Part shown: piece after piece, positions 31,466 through 41,700 of the stretch
Position numbering within the stretch: position 1 is the first letter of the stretch
Layout of the letters: each line of letters starts with the position of its first letter
From: Calditrichia bacterium
GTDB taxonomy: Bacteria > Calditrichota > Calditrichia > JAJRVZ01
NCBI GenBank assembly: GCA_963777955.1
Contig: CAVZSQ010000019.1
Location: 384,001 to 448,000, forward strand
Direction: 5' to 3'
DNA: 64,000 bases
Translations under genes and position numbers: made by a program
Notes under the pieces: generated by a model
What the model saw: the letters and a program-made list of their open reading frames with translations, nothing else
The model's database searches: none
What the model was told of the DNA's origin: nothing

Positions 31466-31649
31466 GTAGCCGCACCATTTATGGTGCGTATATAAGAATA
31501 TCAGATAAATCCCGTACCCGCAGGTCTTGGACCTGCGCTTAAACAGATTTTCGCTCAAGCCGGAAACCGCGGCATGGCATCATAATCTATAACGCCATTT
31601 TTGCATCATGAATTATCAAGTCTAAGCGTAACATAAATGTTGCGCGTAC
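31466..31649. repeat. REP family A copies downstream of RAYT
   Basis: GTAGCCGCACCATTTATGGTGCG (31466-31488), GTACCCGCAGGTCTTGGACCTGCG (31514-31537), minus-strand GTACGCGCAACATTTATGTTACG (31627-31649). Confidence 0.85.
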
Positions 31650-31781
31650 CGGCGGCTTTTAAAAAAGATAAGAAGTAGTACTTTTTCGGCAGGAATACGT
31701 GAACAGGATTATGAGAAAAAAATGGCCTTTGTTCATCTAAATTCTCGTTTCAACTATTTGATAATCATTTATAAAATATGA

Positions 31782-31994
31782 TCATTTTTTGAATAAAGTG
31801 GAAAGTAAAAAGAATATCCCCATTATCGTATAAAGTAATCCAAAAATCTGCAAATGTGAAATTCTCTCTTCAATTGTAAATTCTCTTTTATTACCTTTAT
31901 AAGGTCCTATTAAGTTTACTATTTTTTTACAAAATACTAATGAAATTAATCCCAATAATGATGTCAGTATACTCAGAATAATATCTGTGCGCAT
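31782..31994 (-). CDS. Hypothetical 2-TM small protein
   Basis: Two hydrophobic helices, AT-rich. Confidence 0.5.
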   Translation of the reverse strand: MRTDIILSILTSLLGLISLVFCKKIVNLIGPYKGNKREFTIEERISHLQIFGLLYTIMGIFFLLSTLFKK

Positions 31995-32064
31995 TCAGGT
32001 CTGTTTAATTTAGATTGAATTCCTTTGCTTAATAAAAACTTTATATTAATTATACAATCAGATA

Positions 32065-33420
32065 TTAATTTATATTATATTTTTTCAGCTTGGACATAAA
32101 CGTACTGCGGTGCATTTTCAGATACTGGGCTGTCTTGACCTTATTGCCGCGGTTTTTTTCCAGTTCCGCAAGAATCAATTTCCTTTCGAATTCCTCCACT
32201 ACCGGCATTAATCCATTACTGGTATCATACTCGATGCCCGGCACCCGGGAACGGGCGATGGTATCAGGAAAATCAGCCTGGCTGATGATACCGTTTTTAT
32301 TCAGTACGATAGACCTTTCCAGGTAATTTTCCAGTTCGCGGATGTTGCCCGGCCAGTCATACCCTTCCAGGGCCGTCAGTACACCTTCTTCCACTTTATT
32401 GATTTTCTTCTTATGTATTTTTTCAAATTTTTCTATGAAATGATCGGTCAATAACTCGATATCACCTTGCCGCTCACGCAGGGGCGGAACGGTAATGGGT
32501 ATCACATTCAGACGATAAAAAAGATCCTGGCGGAACTTACCATCACGGATCCGCTCTTCCAGATTCACATTGGTGGCGGCGATGATGCGTACGTCAACCT
32601 TGATGGTTTCCGTACCCCCTACCCGTTCAAATTCGCCTTCCTGCAGAACCCGCAGCAATTTTACCTGCATATTGGGCGAGATCTCGCCGATCTCGTCCAG
32701 GAACAGTGTGCCGCCGTTGGCCAGTTCAAACCGGCCGATCTTATCCTTGATCGCTCCGGTAAAGGCGCCTTTCACATGACCGAATAATTCAGATTCCAGC
32801 AGGGTCTCGGCTAAAACGCCGCAATTTAATTTGATGAACGGTTTATTCACATTCGGACTGTTAAAATGAATGGCATTGGCAATTAGTTCTTTACCGGTAC
32901 CGTTTTCGCCCTGGATCAGGACGGTAGTATTGGTCGGTGCTACATCCTGGATCAGTTTGAATAATTCCATAATCTTGACGCTTTTACCAATGATATTTTT
33001 AATACTGAACTGGGTGGCCAGCCGGCTGCGCAAATATTCATTCTCCTTAACCAGGCTGCGTAACTGGGCTATGGTTTCCACTTTGGCCAGGATCTCATCA
33101 AGCCGCAACGGTTTCAGAATATAGTCTTTGGCCCCCATTTTAATCGCTTCCACGGCCGCTTCAATGGTACCATGCGCCGTAACCATGATGACCGGGATAT
33201 GGGGATAGCGTTTGCTCAACTCGGCCAGCAGTTGCGTACCATCCATTTCCGGCATACGGATATCGGTGATTACCATGTCCGGTTCATCTTCCTGGATCTG
33301 CTTCAGAGCTTCCAGACCATTGGTGGCAGTAACCGGTTTATAACCCTTATTCTCAAACAACTCTTCCATCAAGGCCAGAGCGTCCACGTCATCATCAACG
33401 ATTAAAATTTTTGTTTTCAA
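32065..33420 (-). CDS. Sigma-54-dependent NtrC-family response regulator
   Basis: REC domain, GENGTGKE, ESELFGHVKGAFTGA, WPGNIRELEN, Fis-type HTH. Confidence 0.95.
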   Translation of the reverse strand: MKTKILIVDDDVDALALMEELFENKGYKPVTATNGLEALKQIQEDEPDMVITDIRMPEMDGTQLLAELSKRYPHIPVIMVTAHGTIEAAVEAIKMGAKDYILKPLRLDEILAKVETIAQLRSLVKENEYLRSRLATQFSIKNIIGKSVKIMELFKLIQDVAPTNTTVLIQGENGTGKELIANAIHFNSPNVNKPFIKLNCGVLAETLLESELFGHVKGAFTGAIKDKIGRFELANGGTLFLDEIGEISPNMQVKLLRVLQEGEFERVGGTETIKVDVRIIAATNVNLEERIRDGKFRQDLFYRLNVIPITVPPLRERQGDIELLTDHFIEKFEKIHKKKINKVEEGVLTALEGYDWPGNIRELENYLERSIVLNKNGIISQADFPDTIARSRVPGIEYDTSNGLMPVVEEFERKLILAELEKNRGNKVKTAQYLKMHRSTFMSKLKKYNIN

Positions 33421-33469
33421 GTTACAATACCTCGTTCATATTTTATACTCTTTTCATTTACCCTTTCGC

Positions 33470-33619
33470 CACACACCCCGCCCCGACCGGTCGGGGCACC
33501 CCTCTCCAGAGGGGAAATCCCTTTCGTTTTTCTAAGGTACTCAGGGACTTAGGAACTCAGCGGGCAGGTCACGACCTGCCCCTACTTTGTAACTCTGTGC
33601 CCTTGTCCCTTTGTCCCTT
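33470..33619. repeat. Composite repeat cluster overlapping the gltX 3' end
   Basis: GCCCCGACCGGTCGGGGC and CCCCTCTCCAGAGGGG hairpins, 8-bp repeats, family B REP GGGCAGGTCACGACCTGCCCCTAC (33562-33585), more 8-bp repeats. Confidence 0.8.
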
Positions 33620-35041
33620 GATGTAATCCACCGCCTTAGCGATTCGATGTATTACCTTCCTGCGTCCCAGGACCTCTATAACTTCAAATATTCCCGGACT
33701 GCTGGAGTGACCAATTAAAGCCAGACGCAAAGGATGAATTACCTGGCCGGCACTCATATTCTGTTTTTCTGCAAACTGGCGTATGTTTTTTTCCAGCTGC
33801 TCTGCCCGGAATGATACTGACCCGTTAAGAACATCGGACAGTTGAATTAAAAGATCTGCAGCTCCGGCCACGGTAAAATATTTCTGTACGGCAGCCTGCT
33901 CATAGTCATCAGGATCCGAAAAATAAAAACGGCTTCCCTCCAGGAAATCGAGCAGAGTACGGGATCTTGGTTTTAACAGACCAAGTAATAACAAAAATGA
34001 ATCCTTGTTATCCTCGATCTCCCCTTTTTCAACAGAACTTAAGCGGTTGTTTATCTTAGCAAGTATTTCCAAAGCGGACAGACTGGACAGGTATTTAGCA
34101 TTCATCCAGATCAATTTTTGCTGATCGAAAACCGTATTTGCTTTATTAATCCGATCAAGAGAAAACCGCCGCAGGATTTCCTCTCTGGACATAATCTCCG
34201 TGTCGTCACCCGGCGACCAGCCCAGCAGACATAAGTAATTGAATAGGGCCTCCGGCAGAATGCCTCTTTCTTGAAATTCTTCGACCGAGGTTGCACCATG
34301 TCGCTTGGAAAGCCGCTGTCTGTCGGAACCCAGTATCAATGGCAAGTGGCTGAATTGTGGTACTTTCCAGTTCAGCGCCCGGTAAATATGTATCTGCTTG
34401 GGAGTATTAGAGAGATGATCATCACCCCGCAAAACATGCGTCACACCCATGTCGTGGTCGTCCACCACTACAGCAAGTTGATAAACTGGAGTTCCATCTG
34501 AACGCAAAAGTACAAAATCATCTAATTCTGTATTCTTTATGGTGATTTCTCCATGTACCCCGTCGGTAAATCTTGTTATTCCCGTTGGCAACTTTATTCT
34601 GACGACTGCCGGGAGTTGCCGGTTAAAATTCTGGCGGACTTCGTCCCGGCTCAAATTCCGGCAGCGACCATCATAGAGATACGTTTTCTGTTCTGGTTTA
34701 TCAGTGCCTTCTTCTGTTTTCTCTTTTGAACAGAAGCAATAATATGCTTTACCCATTTTAATCAGCTTCATAGCGGCCTGATGATGACCCTTAAGACGGG
34801 TACTTTGGAATAGAGGCGGGCCATCCCAGGAAATACCTAACCACTGTAAACTTGAAATAATCTGCTGCACATATTCCAAAGTTGATCGCTGGCTGTCCGT
34901 GTCTTCTACTCTTAGTAAAAATTTTCCCCCTTCTTTTTTGGCCAGCAACCAGTTAAAGATGGCAGTTCTTGCTCCACCTACATGTAAGAATCCTGTCGGA
35001 CTTGGTGCAAAACGATAAATTGGTCTCAGATTTTTGTTCAT
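33569..35041 (-). CDS. gltX: Glutamate--tRNA ligase
   Basis: RFAPSPTGFLHVGG, LRVEDTD, RGDDH, RLSKRHG. Confidence 0.96.
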   Translation of the reverse strand: MNKNLRPIYRFAPSPTGFLHVGGARTAIFNWLLAKKEGGKFLLRVEDTDSQRSTLEYVQQIISSLQWLGISWDGPPLFQSTRLKGHHQAAMKLIKMGKAYYCFCSKEKTEEGTDKPEQKTYLYDGRCRNLSRDEVRQNFNRQLPAVVRIKLPTGITRFTDGVHGEITIKNTELDDFVLLRSDGTPVYQLAVVVDDHDMGVTHVLRGDDHLSNTPKQIHIYRALNWKVPQFSHLPLILGSDRQRLSKRHGATSVEEFQERGILPEALFNYLCLLGWSPGDDTEIMSREEILRRFSLDRINKANTVFDQQKLIWMNAKYLSSLSALEILAKINNRLSSVEKGEIEDNKDSFLLLLGLLKPRSRTLLDFLEGSRFYFSDPDDYEQAAVQKYFTVAGAADLLIQLSDVLNGSVSFRAEQLEKNIRQFAEKQNMSAGQVIHPLRLALIGHSSSPGIFEVIEVLGRRKVIHRIAKAVDYIKGQRDKGTELQSRGRS

Positions 35042-35303
35042 ATTGCAAAAAATTGATGAAATTTTGGACAGTTAGAACAACGATGTATAAAATTCAGACA
35101 GAATTTAAGCGAATATGTACAATATTGCAAGTGATGCTTTAAATATTGCTTGGCCGGTAATTCGATATTTGATTTGACTAATTTTGAAACCGTGACAAAA
35201 ATAGTGTGAAGATTATATTCGTATTTCCTATATTAAAACAAAATAAGATTGAGTCTGATCTGTCGTCACACAATAGAAACAGGGACACTGTTATAACGAT
35301 TCT

Positions 35304-37415
35304 ATGGCCCGGGACAAACGCGAACAACTTCTCGAAGTAATTCAGCCATCATTCAAAATATCCCGCGGATTGCCATTACCCTTTGGACCCAGCATAACCC
35401 GCGCAGGGATCAACTTTGCAGTATTCTCCAAGAATGCCACCCAGGTTACGTTGGTAATCTTCACGGCTCAGGCAAAAAATCCCCTGCTGGAAATTCCTCT
35501 GGATCCGCGATTCAATAAAACAGGTGATGTCTGGCATGTCCATATTTCCGGATTAGATCCCGGTATTGAATACGGTTATCGTGTCAACCGTGAACCTAAT
35601 GGTCCACCCCACCTGCACCGATATGATTCCGATCTTATTTTAATCGATCCTTACACTAAAGCCCTTTCCGGCAGCCACAAATGGGGGGAACAAATACTCT
35701 CCGCTCGGCACAGGCAAACTCACCGTCATTCTTTAATCGCCCGGGATAATTATGACTGGGAAGATGACCAGCCCCTGAATATTCCTCTGGCCGACTCGAT
35801 TATTTATGAATTGCATGTACGTGGATTTACCCGGCATCCCACGGCTGAGGTCAGGCAGCCGGGGACTTTTCAGGGCCTGATTGAAAAAATACCCTATCTG
35901 CAGGAACTGGGTATTACCGCAGTTGAACTTCTGCCGATTAATGAATTTGATGAAACTCACAACGATAAGGTAAATCCTCTCACCGCTAAACCACTGCTGC
36001 AATTCTGGGGGTACGATTCCATTGCATTTTTTGCCCCGAAGTCTTCCTATGCAGTCGACGATAAACAGGGCCATCAGATCAGTGAATTCAAAGATATGGT
36101 CAAAGCATTGCATCAGGCCGGGATCGAGGTAATTCTGGATATTGTCTTTAATCATACTGCTGAGGGGGGAGCCCAGGGGACCACTTTTTCTTTTCGCGGT
36201 TTGGATAACTCCATTTATTATATGATTGACAAGGAAACAGGTCAATATCATAATTTTTCCGGCTGCGGAAATACTCTGAATTGCAACCACCCGGTGGTCC
36301 GCGACTTAATTCTTGATTGTTTGCGCTACTGGGTAGTGGAGATGCATGTGGACGGTTTTCGATTTGACCTGGCCGCAATTCTGGGACGGGGTCAGGATGG
36401 TACGTTATTAGCCAATCCTCCTTTGCTGGAGCATATTGCTGCCGATCCGGTACTGGCTAACACCAAAATTATTGCCGAAGCATGGGATGCCGCCGGACTG
36501 TTTCAGGTTGGTTCTTTTCCGGCCTGGCAGCGCTGGGCCGAGTGGAACAGCAAATTCCGTGATGACATTCGGCGTTATGTCCGCGGTGAAAGGGGGCTGG
36601 CCGGTGTATTAGCCACACGTTTAGCCGGCAGTTCAGACCTGTATCAGCAGAGCGGCCGGGCTCCTTACCACAGCATTAATTTCATCACCTGTCATGATGG
36701 CTTCACCCTTTTTGATCTGGTCTCTTATAACCATAAATACAACATTGAAAATGGTGAAAACAACCGCGATGGCAGTGATCAAAATTTCAGTTGGAATTGC
36801 GGTAAAGAAGGACCATCCAGTCATCCCCGTATTACTGCACTGCGCAAACAGCAGATAAAAAACATGTCGTTATTGTTATTACTTGCTCAGGGCGTCCCCA
36901 TGTTGCTGGCCGGTGATGAAATGGGGCGAACGCAAAAAGGAAATAACAACGCTTACTGCCAGGACAATGAAATCAGCTGGCTCAACTGGGAGTTACTGGA
37001 AGAGAATAAGGATCTGTTTCATTTTTTCAAAAATGCCATACTTTTCCGCAAGAATCATCCTGCTTTGCGCCGCCGCACTTTTTTTAGTGCTGATCCGGAT
37101 GGGGGATGTGATATTTCCTGGCATGGTCTTGAATTGAACAAACCGGATTGGGGCAAAAGCTCGCGCTGTCTTGCTTTTCAGCTGACTCCTTACCATGAAG
37201 ATAAAGGCCATATTTATATCATATCAAATGCCGGTATCAAAGCACAGACTTTTCAACTGCCGCCAACCGGAACAAACGACCGCTGGTACCGGGTAGCCGA
37301 CACTGCTGTCAAATATCCTGATGATTTTTATAAGGCAGGACATGAAAAAAGGCTGGATAAACCTGCGGAATATCACGCCCAACCCAGGTCTACGGTACTT
37401 TTAATATCGAAATAA
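35304..37415 (+). CDS. glgX: Glycogen debranching enzyme / isoamylase (GH13)
   Basis: IYELHVRGFT, DIVFNHTAEG, DGFRFDLA, AEAWD, CHDGFTL, GNNNAYCQDN. Confidence 0.95.
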   Translation: MARDKREQLLEVIQPSFKISRGLPLPFGPSITRAGINFAVFSKNATQVTLVIFTAQAKNPLLEIPLDPRFNKTGDVWHVHISGLDPGIEYGYRVNREPNGPPHLHRYDSDLILIDPYTKALSGSHKWGEQILSARHRQTHRHSLIARDNYDWEDDQPLNIPLADSIIYELHVRGFTRHPTAEVRQPGTFQGLIEKIPYLQELGITAVELLPINEFDETHNDKVNPLTAKPLLQFWGYDSIAFFAPKSSYAVDDKQGHQISEFKDMVKALHQAGIEVILDIVFNHTAEGGAQGTTFSFRGLDNSIYYMIDKETGQYHNFSGCGNTLNCNHPVVRDLILDCLRYWVVEMHVDGFRFDLAAILGRGQDGTLLANPPLLEHIAADPVLANTKIIAEAWDAAGLFQVGSFPAWQRWAEWNSKFRDDIRRYVRGERGLAGVLATRLAGSSDLYQQSGRAPYHSINFITCHDGFTLFDLVSYNHKYNIENGENNRDGSDQNFSWNCGKEGPSSHPRITALRKQQIKNMSLLLLLAQGVPMLLAGDEMGRTQKGNNNAYCQDNEISWLNWELLEENKDLFHFFKNAILFRKNHPALRRRTFFSADPDGGCDISWHGLELNKPDWGKSSRCLAFQLTPYHEDKGHIYIISNAGIKAQTFQLPPTGTNDRWYRVADTAVKYPDDFYKAGHEKRLDKPAEYHAQPRSTVLLISK

Positions 37416-37426
37416 AATTCAACCCG

Positions 37427-37483
37427 GTACCCGCAGATCAAGGATCTGCGCCTTCACGGTTGCCGACTTATGTCTGCGGCTAC
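37427..37483. repeat. Inverted REP doublet (family A) between convergent genes
   Basis: GTACCCGCAGATCAAGGATCTGCG (+) and GTAGCCGCAGACATAAGTCGGCA (-). Confidence 0.8.
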
Positions 37484-37488
37484 TTTCT

Positions 37489-38580
37489 TTATTTTCGTCG
37501 CCAATAATATTTTTTCAACAACGCGAATTCCTGTTCAAAATTTGGTGTAAACACCTGCCGGCCCAGATTTGCTTCTATCTCCTGGATTTTCCAGAACCGT
37601 CCAACCTCGATTTCTTCCCGGTTAATTTTAAATGGACCGTTATTGACCAGGCGGAAGGTATACACCAGTTCACTCTCAAAGTTATTGCGCATTATATATC
37701 TGTACAAAGTCTGAAAATTACCTTTGGATATACCCAATTCTTCGGCTGCCTCCCGCTGCAGAGCCGTATTCAGATCTTCACCGGCATGTATATGGCCACC
37801 CACCGCGGTGTCCCATTTGCCTGGTTGAACATCTTTGTTCCTGGATCGTTTTTGCAGGAATAACTGCCCATTATGGTCGAAGACATGTAAATGTACCACC
37901 GGATGCAGTAAATTTGGGTTGCCATGCACTGCGCTGCGCGGTGCTTTACCGATCACTTTTCCTTCCGGTGTGACCAGATCGAACCATTCTTCCCCTGCCC
38001 TGACAATAAAACCACCTGAACCGCCTTTAAAAAAACGGGTATAGATAAATTGGCCGGCCAGGATCAGGCCAAAAACGATATAAAACAGTCCGCCGGAGAT
38101 GAATCCCCATGCTTCCTTACTCATGAAATAGGCAGAATAAACAATTAATCCTGTATGCAGCAACAATATTATAAACAGCAACCGGGATAACTGCCGCATC
38201 ATCTTCAACTGCAGGTCGTTGACGGTCAGATCCTTCATGTATCTTTTACTCACCATCAACAGCACAGGAGTGTTGGAGAAACCATGTACTCCCAGCATTA
38301 TGACCAGAATTAGTTCAATCAGCGCCGGTTTTAGTTTAAAGAAAATATCATTATCGAGCAGAATCGAGATTCCGCCCATGAGGATAATCAGACCCACATC
38401 AAACAAAACGAATCCTTCTACCTGACGAAAGCGGATATAATAGTATAAAAATTCGATCAGACCGGTCACCACGGCAGTAATTAAACCAATCCTGGTACCG
38501 AAAAATTCGTCGGCCAGAATAAATACCAGCAAGGGGATGAAACCCACTGTAAAGTTTTTAAGCAGAGATTTTTTATCCAT
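37489..38580 (-). CDS. YciB/IspZ-like membrane domain fused to NUDIX hydrolase
   Basis: Multi-TM N-terminus with FFKLKP. Nudix box GGHIHAGEDLNTALQREAAEELGI, LHPVVH, LQKRS. Confidence 0.8.
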   Translation of the reverse strand: MDKKSLLKNFTVGFIPLLVFILADEFFGTRIGLITAVVTGLIEFLYYYIRFRQVEGFVLFDVGLIILMGGISILLDNDIFFKLKPALIELILVIMLGVHGFSNTPVLLMVSKRYMKDLTVNDLQLKMMRQLSRLLFIILLLHTGLIVYSAYFMSKEAWGFISGGLFYIVFGLILAGQFIYTRFFKGGSGGFIVRAGEEWFDLVTPEGKVIGKAPRSAVHGNPNLLHPVVHLHVFDHNGQLFLQKRSRNKDVQPGKWDTAVGGHIHAGEDLNTALQREAAEELGISKGNFQTLYRYIMRNNFESELVYTFRLVNNGPFKINREEIEVGRFWKIQEIEANLGRQVFTPNFEQEFALLKKYYWRRK

Positions 38581-38797
38581 AATCCGGGTCAATAATGATT
38601 AACAGAATATAGAAGTTATCGTTACTTGATGCAACCACCCTGTCCTTTTAGGCGACAGACCGGAATATTTTTAGCAATCTGCTCGTCCAATCAGTTAAAG
38701 TACATTTTCTGCTTAAAAACTTAAAAGATACGGAAATTAGATTTGTGCCCGTAATTAAATATTACTATATTTAATGTTTGATACTGTGTTTATGTGA

Positions 38798-41700
38798 TTG
38801 TGGGGAATTTTATTGATTGCCATCAATATCAAGGAACTGCGCGAAAGGATTCCCGAAATCATTTTCAAGCAGGGCCTCGATTATTATAAACAGGGCCGGG
38901 TTAAAATCACCAATCGCGATCATTCTTCGGTAATCGCTTCGGTGCAGGGTACCAACCTGTATATTGTACGTCTGACTGCCGACACCCGTCTGTTTGAATC
39001 GGTCTGTACCTGTCCGCATAAATATATCTGCAAGCATGCCGTAGCCGTGGCTCTGGCTGTTATTGAAGATCATGTGCGGGACAGCGAGTTGATTTCAGAT
39101 TCAAACTGGCGCGAATATTTCGAGAAACAGATAGCCATCCAGCGGGTGAATTCCGAGTTTTCCCAGGAAGTACGCTGGAAATTGATCTATGTCATCCATG
39201 TTCTGGAAAATTACTGGAATCTGAAACCGATCAAAGTGTACATGAAAAAAGACGGGACCTACGGCCGGCTGCAGGAACCTTCTTACAGCGAACTATCCAA
39301 ACAAAATGTATTTAATACTTCCAGTGATCTGATCGTGATCTCCTACCTGGAACGCTTACAATCATTACAATCCAATACATACTACCGGGGACGCCTGGAA
39401 GCATCGTATCTTAATTTTGGCCTGGATGCCGGCGAAATATTTAATCTGTTACGCAACAGTGAGATCCATCTCAAAAACGAAGACGGCTCGATCGGACAAC
39501 GGATCCGTTACGGGAAAAAATCATGGCGGCTGGTATTCCGCCTGGAAGAAAATAATTCCCACTATTCTTTTCATCCCTATTTTTTACGTGACCAGGACCA
39601 GATCAGACTGGATCGGCAGATTAAAATTCTGACCACCCGCCCCATCTGGTTTTATAAGGATGGTGAACTGCATACGGCAAATTTCCCCTTTGATTATTCA
39701 TATGTTAAATCATTCAGTGAAGAAGAAATGAAGATTTCTTTTTCCAAAGATGAATATCAACTGTTTATCTCCGATTTCCTGGCCAAACTGCCTATCTTTC
39801 CCTATCTGGAGTTCCCGGAAGGGATCGCTGTTCAGGAATTAACCCAGGTGTCCGGAAAACGGATTTATCTGGAAGAGATGGATGAACAGCTGGTTGTATC
39901 TTTATCTATTCTGTATAATAATGTGGAAGTTTCGTTTAATCAGAACAACGAGCAATTCCTGCATTACGACAAGAAAACCAATCATATCATACGTATCCGC
40001 CGGCGGCGCGAAGTAGAGGAGAAAATTCGCGACGAGGTCGTCGCCAGCAGTATCATCGAGGATACCCCGGGATTATTTTATGCGAATTACGAAGCGGCCC
40101 TGGACTGGTTATTTGACGGTTTACCCAAACTGGTGCAGGCGGGGTTCGAGGTGATGGGTGAAGAGAGTTTAGTGCGCTTCCGGGTTCGACGACACAAACC
40201 GACTATCAGTACCTCGTTTTCTTCCGAAACCGATTGGTTCGATTTACATCTGGAAATCGATTTTGATGGAGTCAGTCTGACACTGGCCGAACTTAAGAAA
40301 GCCCTGCAAAAACAGAAAAGATATGTCCGGCTGCGTGACGGCAGCATTGCCCGACTTCCGGAAAGACTGATCCAGAAATTTCAGTACCTGATTGAATTCG
40401 GCCAGACCAATGAAAAATCAATCCGCTTGCGCGATCATCATCTTTCCTTTGTCGACCGCCTGCTGACCGAATCCGAGCACAAACAATACGACGAAGTCAG
40501 TCAAAGCAAACTGAAAAAACTGGATGACTTCAGCAAAATAAAGAGCTACAACTTGCCTAAGAATCTGAAGGGTGAGTTGCGCGATTACCAGCGCGCAGGT
40601 TTCAACTGGTTAAATTTCCTGAAGGAATTCGCTTTTGGCGGAGTGCTGGCTGATGATATGGGTCTCGGAAAAACGGTGCAGGCTCTGGCTCTGGTTCAAA
40701 ATGAAATTAATAAAAATAAAATTCCGATTCTGATCGTGGCCCCTACTTCCGTGCTGTTCAACTGGCAGCGGGAAATTGAAAAATTTACTCCGGGCATCGA
40801 TTATATCCTGCATTACGGCACCAAACGCACCCGTGATGTAAGACGACTGCGTAAAAAACCATTGATCCTTACTACTTACGGACATTTGCGCCGGGATATA
40901 TCTTTCCTGTCGGAAATCGATTTTCATTATGTAGTACTGGATGAATCCCAGAACATCAAGAATCCACAGTCCGATACAGCCCAGGCTGCGCGGAATTTAC
41001 TGGCTAAAAACCGTCTGGCGCTGACCGGAACTCCGATCGAAAACAATACCATGGAATTATGGTCGCAATTTTCTTTTCTCAGTCCCGGCCTGCTGGGAAA
41101 CCAGAATTTCTTTAAGGATAACTTTATGCGGCCGATCGAAAAGGAACAAAACAATGACGTGGCCGCCACACTGAAACGACTGATTTTTCCCTTTATCCTC
41201 AGGCGCACCAAGGAAGAGGTGGTAAAGGAACTACCGCCCAAAGTGGAAAACATAATCTTTTCACCAATGAGTGAAGCACAACAGAAAATATATGATCAGG
41301 TCCGCGATACTTTTCGCAATACGATCATTTCCGAAATTGAATCCAAAGGCCTGGATAAAACCAAGATGCGTATACTGGAAGGATTGACCAAACTGCGCCA
41401 GGTATCCTGCCATCCCCAGCTGGTCGATGCAACATTTCAGGACGAGGCCGGAAAGTTTGAAGCACTGAAGTTGATGATCGACGAAATCATATCGGAAAAT
41501 CATAAGGTGCTGGTTTTTTCACAGTTTGTACGCATGCTGACCATCATCCGCGAATATCTTGAAGAACAGGCCATTGATTATGCCTACCTGGACGGATCAA
41601 CCAGGGACCGGGCCGCGGTGGTAGACAAGTTCCAGGATGAAAATGATGTGCGGATTTTTCTGATCAGCCTGAAAGCCGGTGGCTTTGGTTTGAATTTAAC

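Noticed and set aside
30778..31649. Spaced palindromes as a CRISPR array
   Set aside because: The units are not identical, spacing and orientation are irregular, there are no cas genes, and the pattern fits RAYT-REP.
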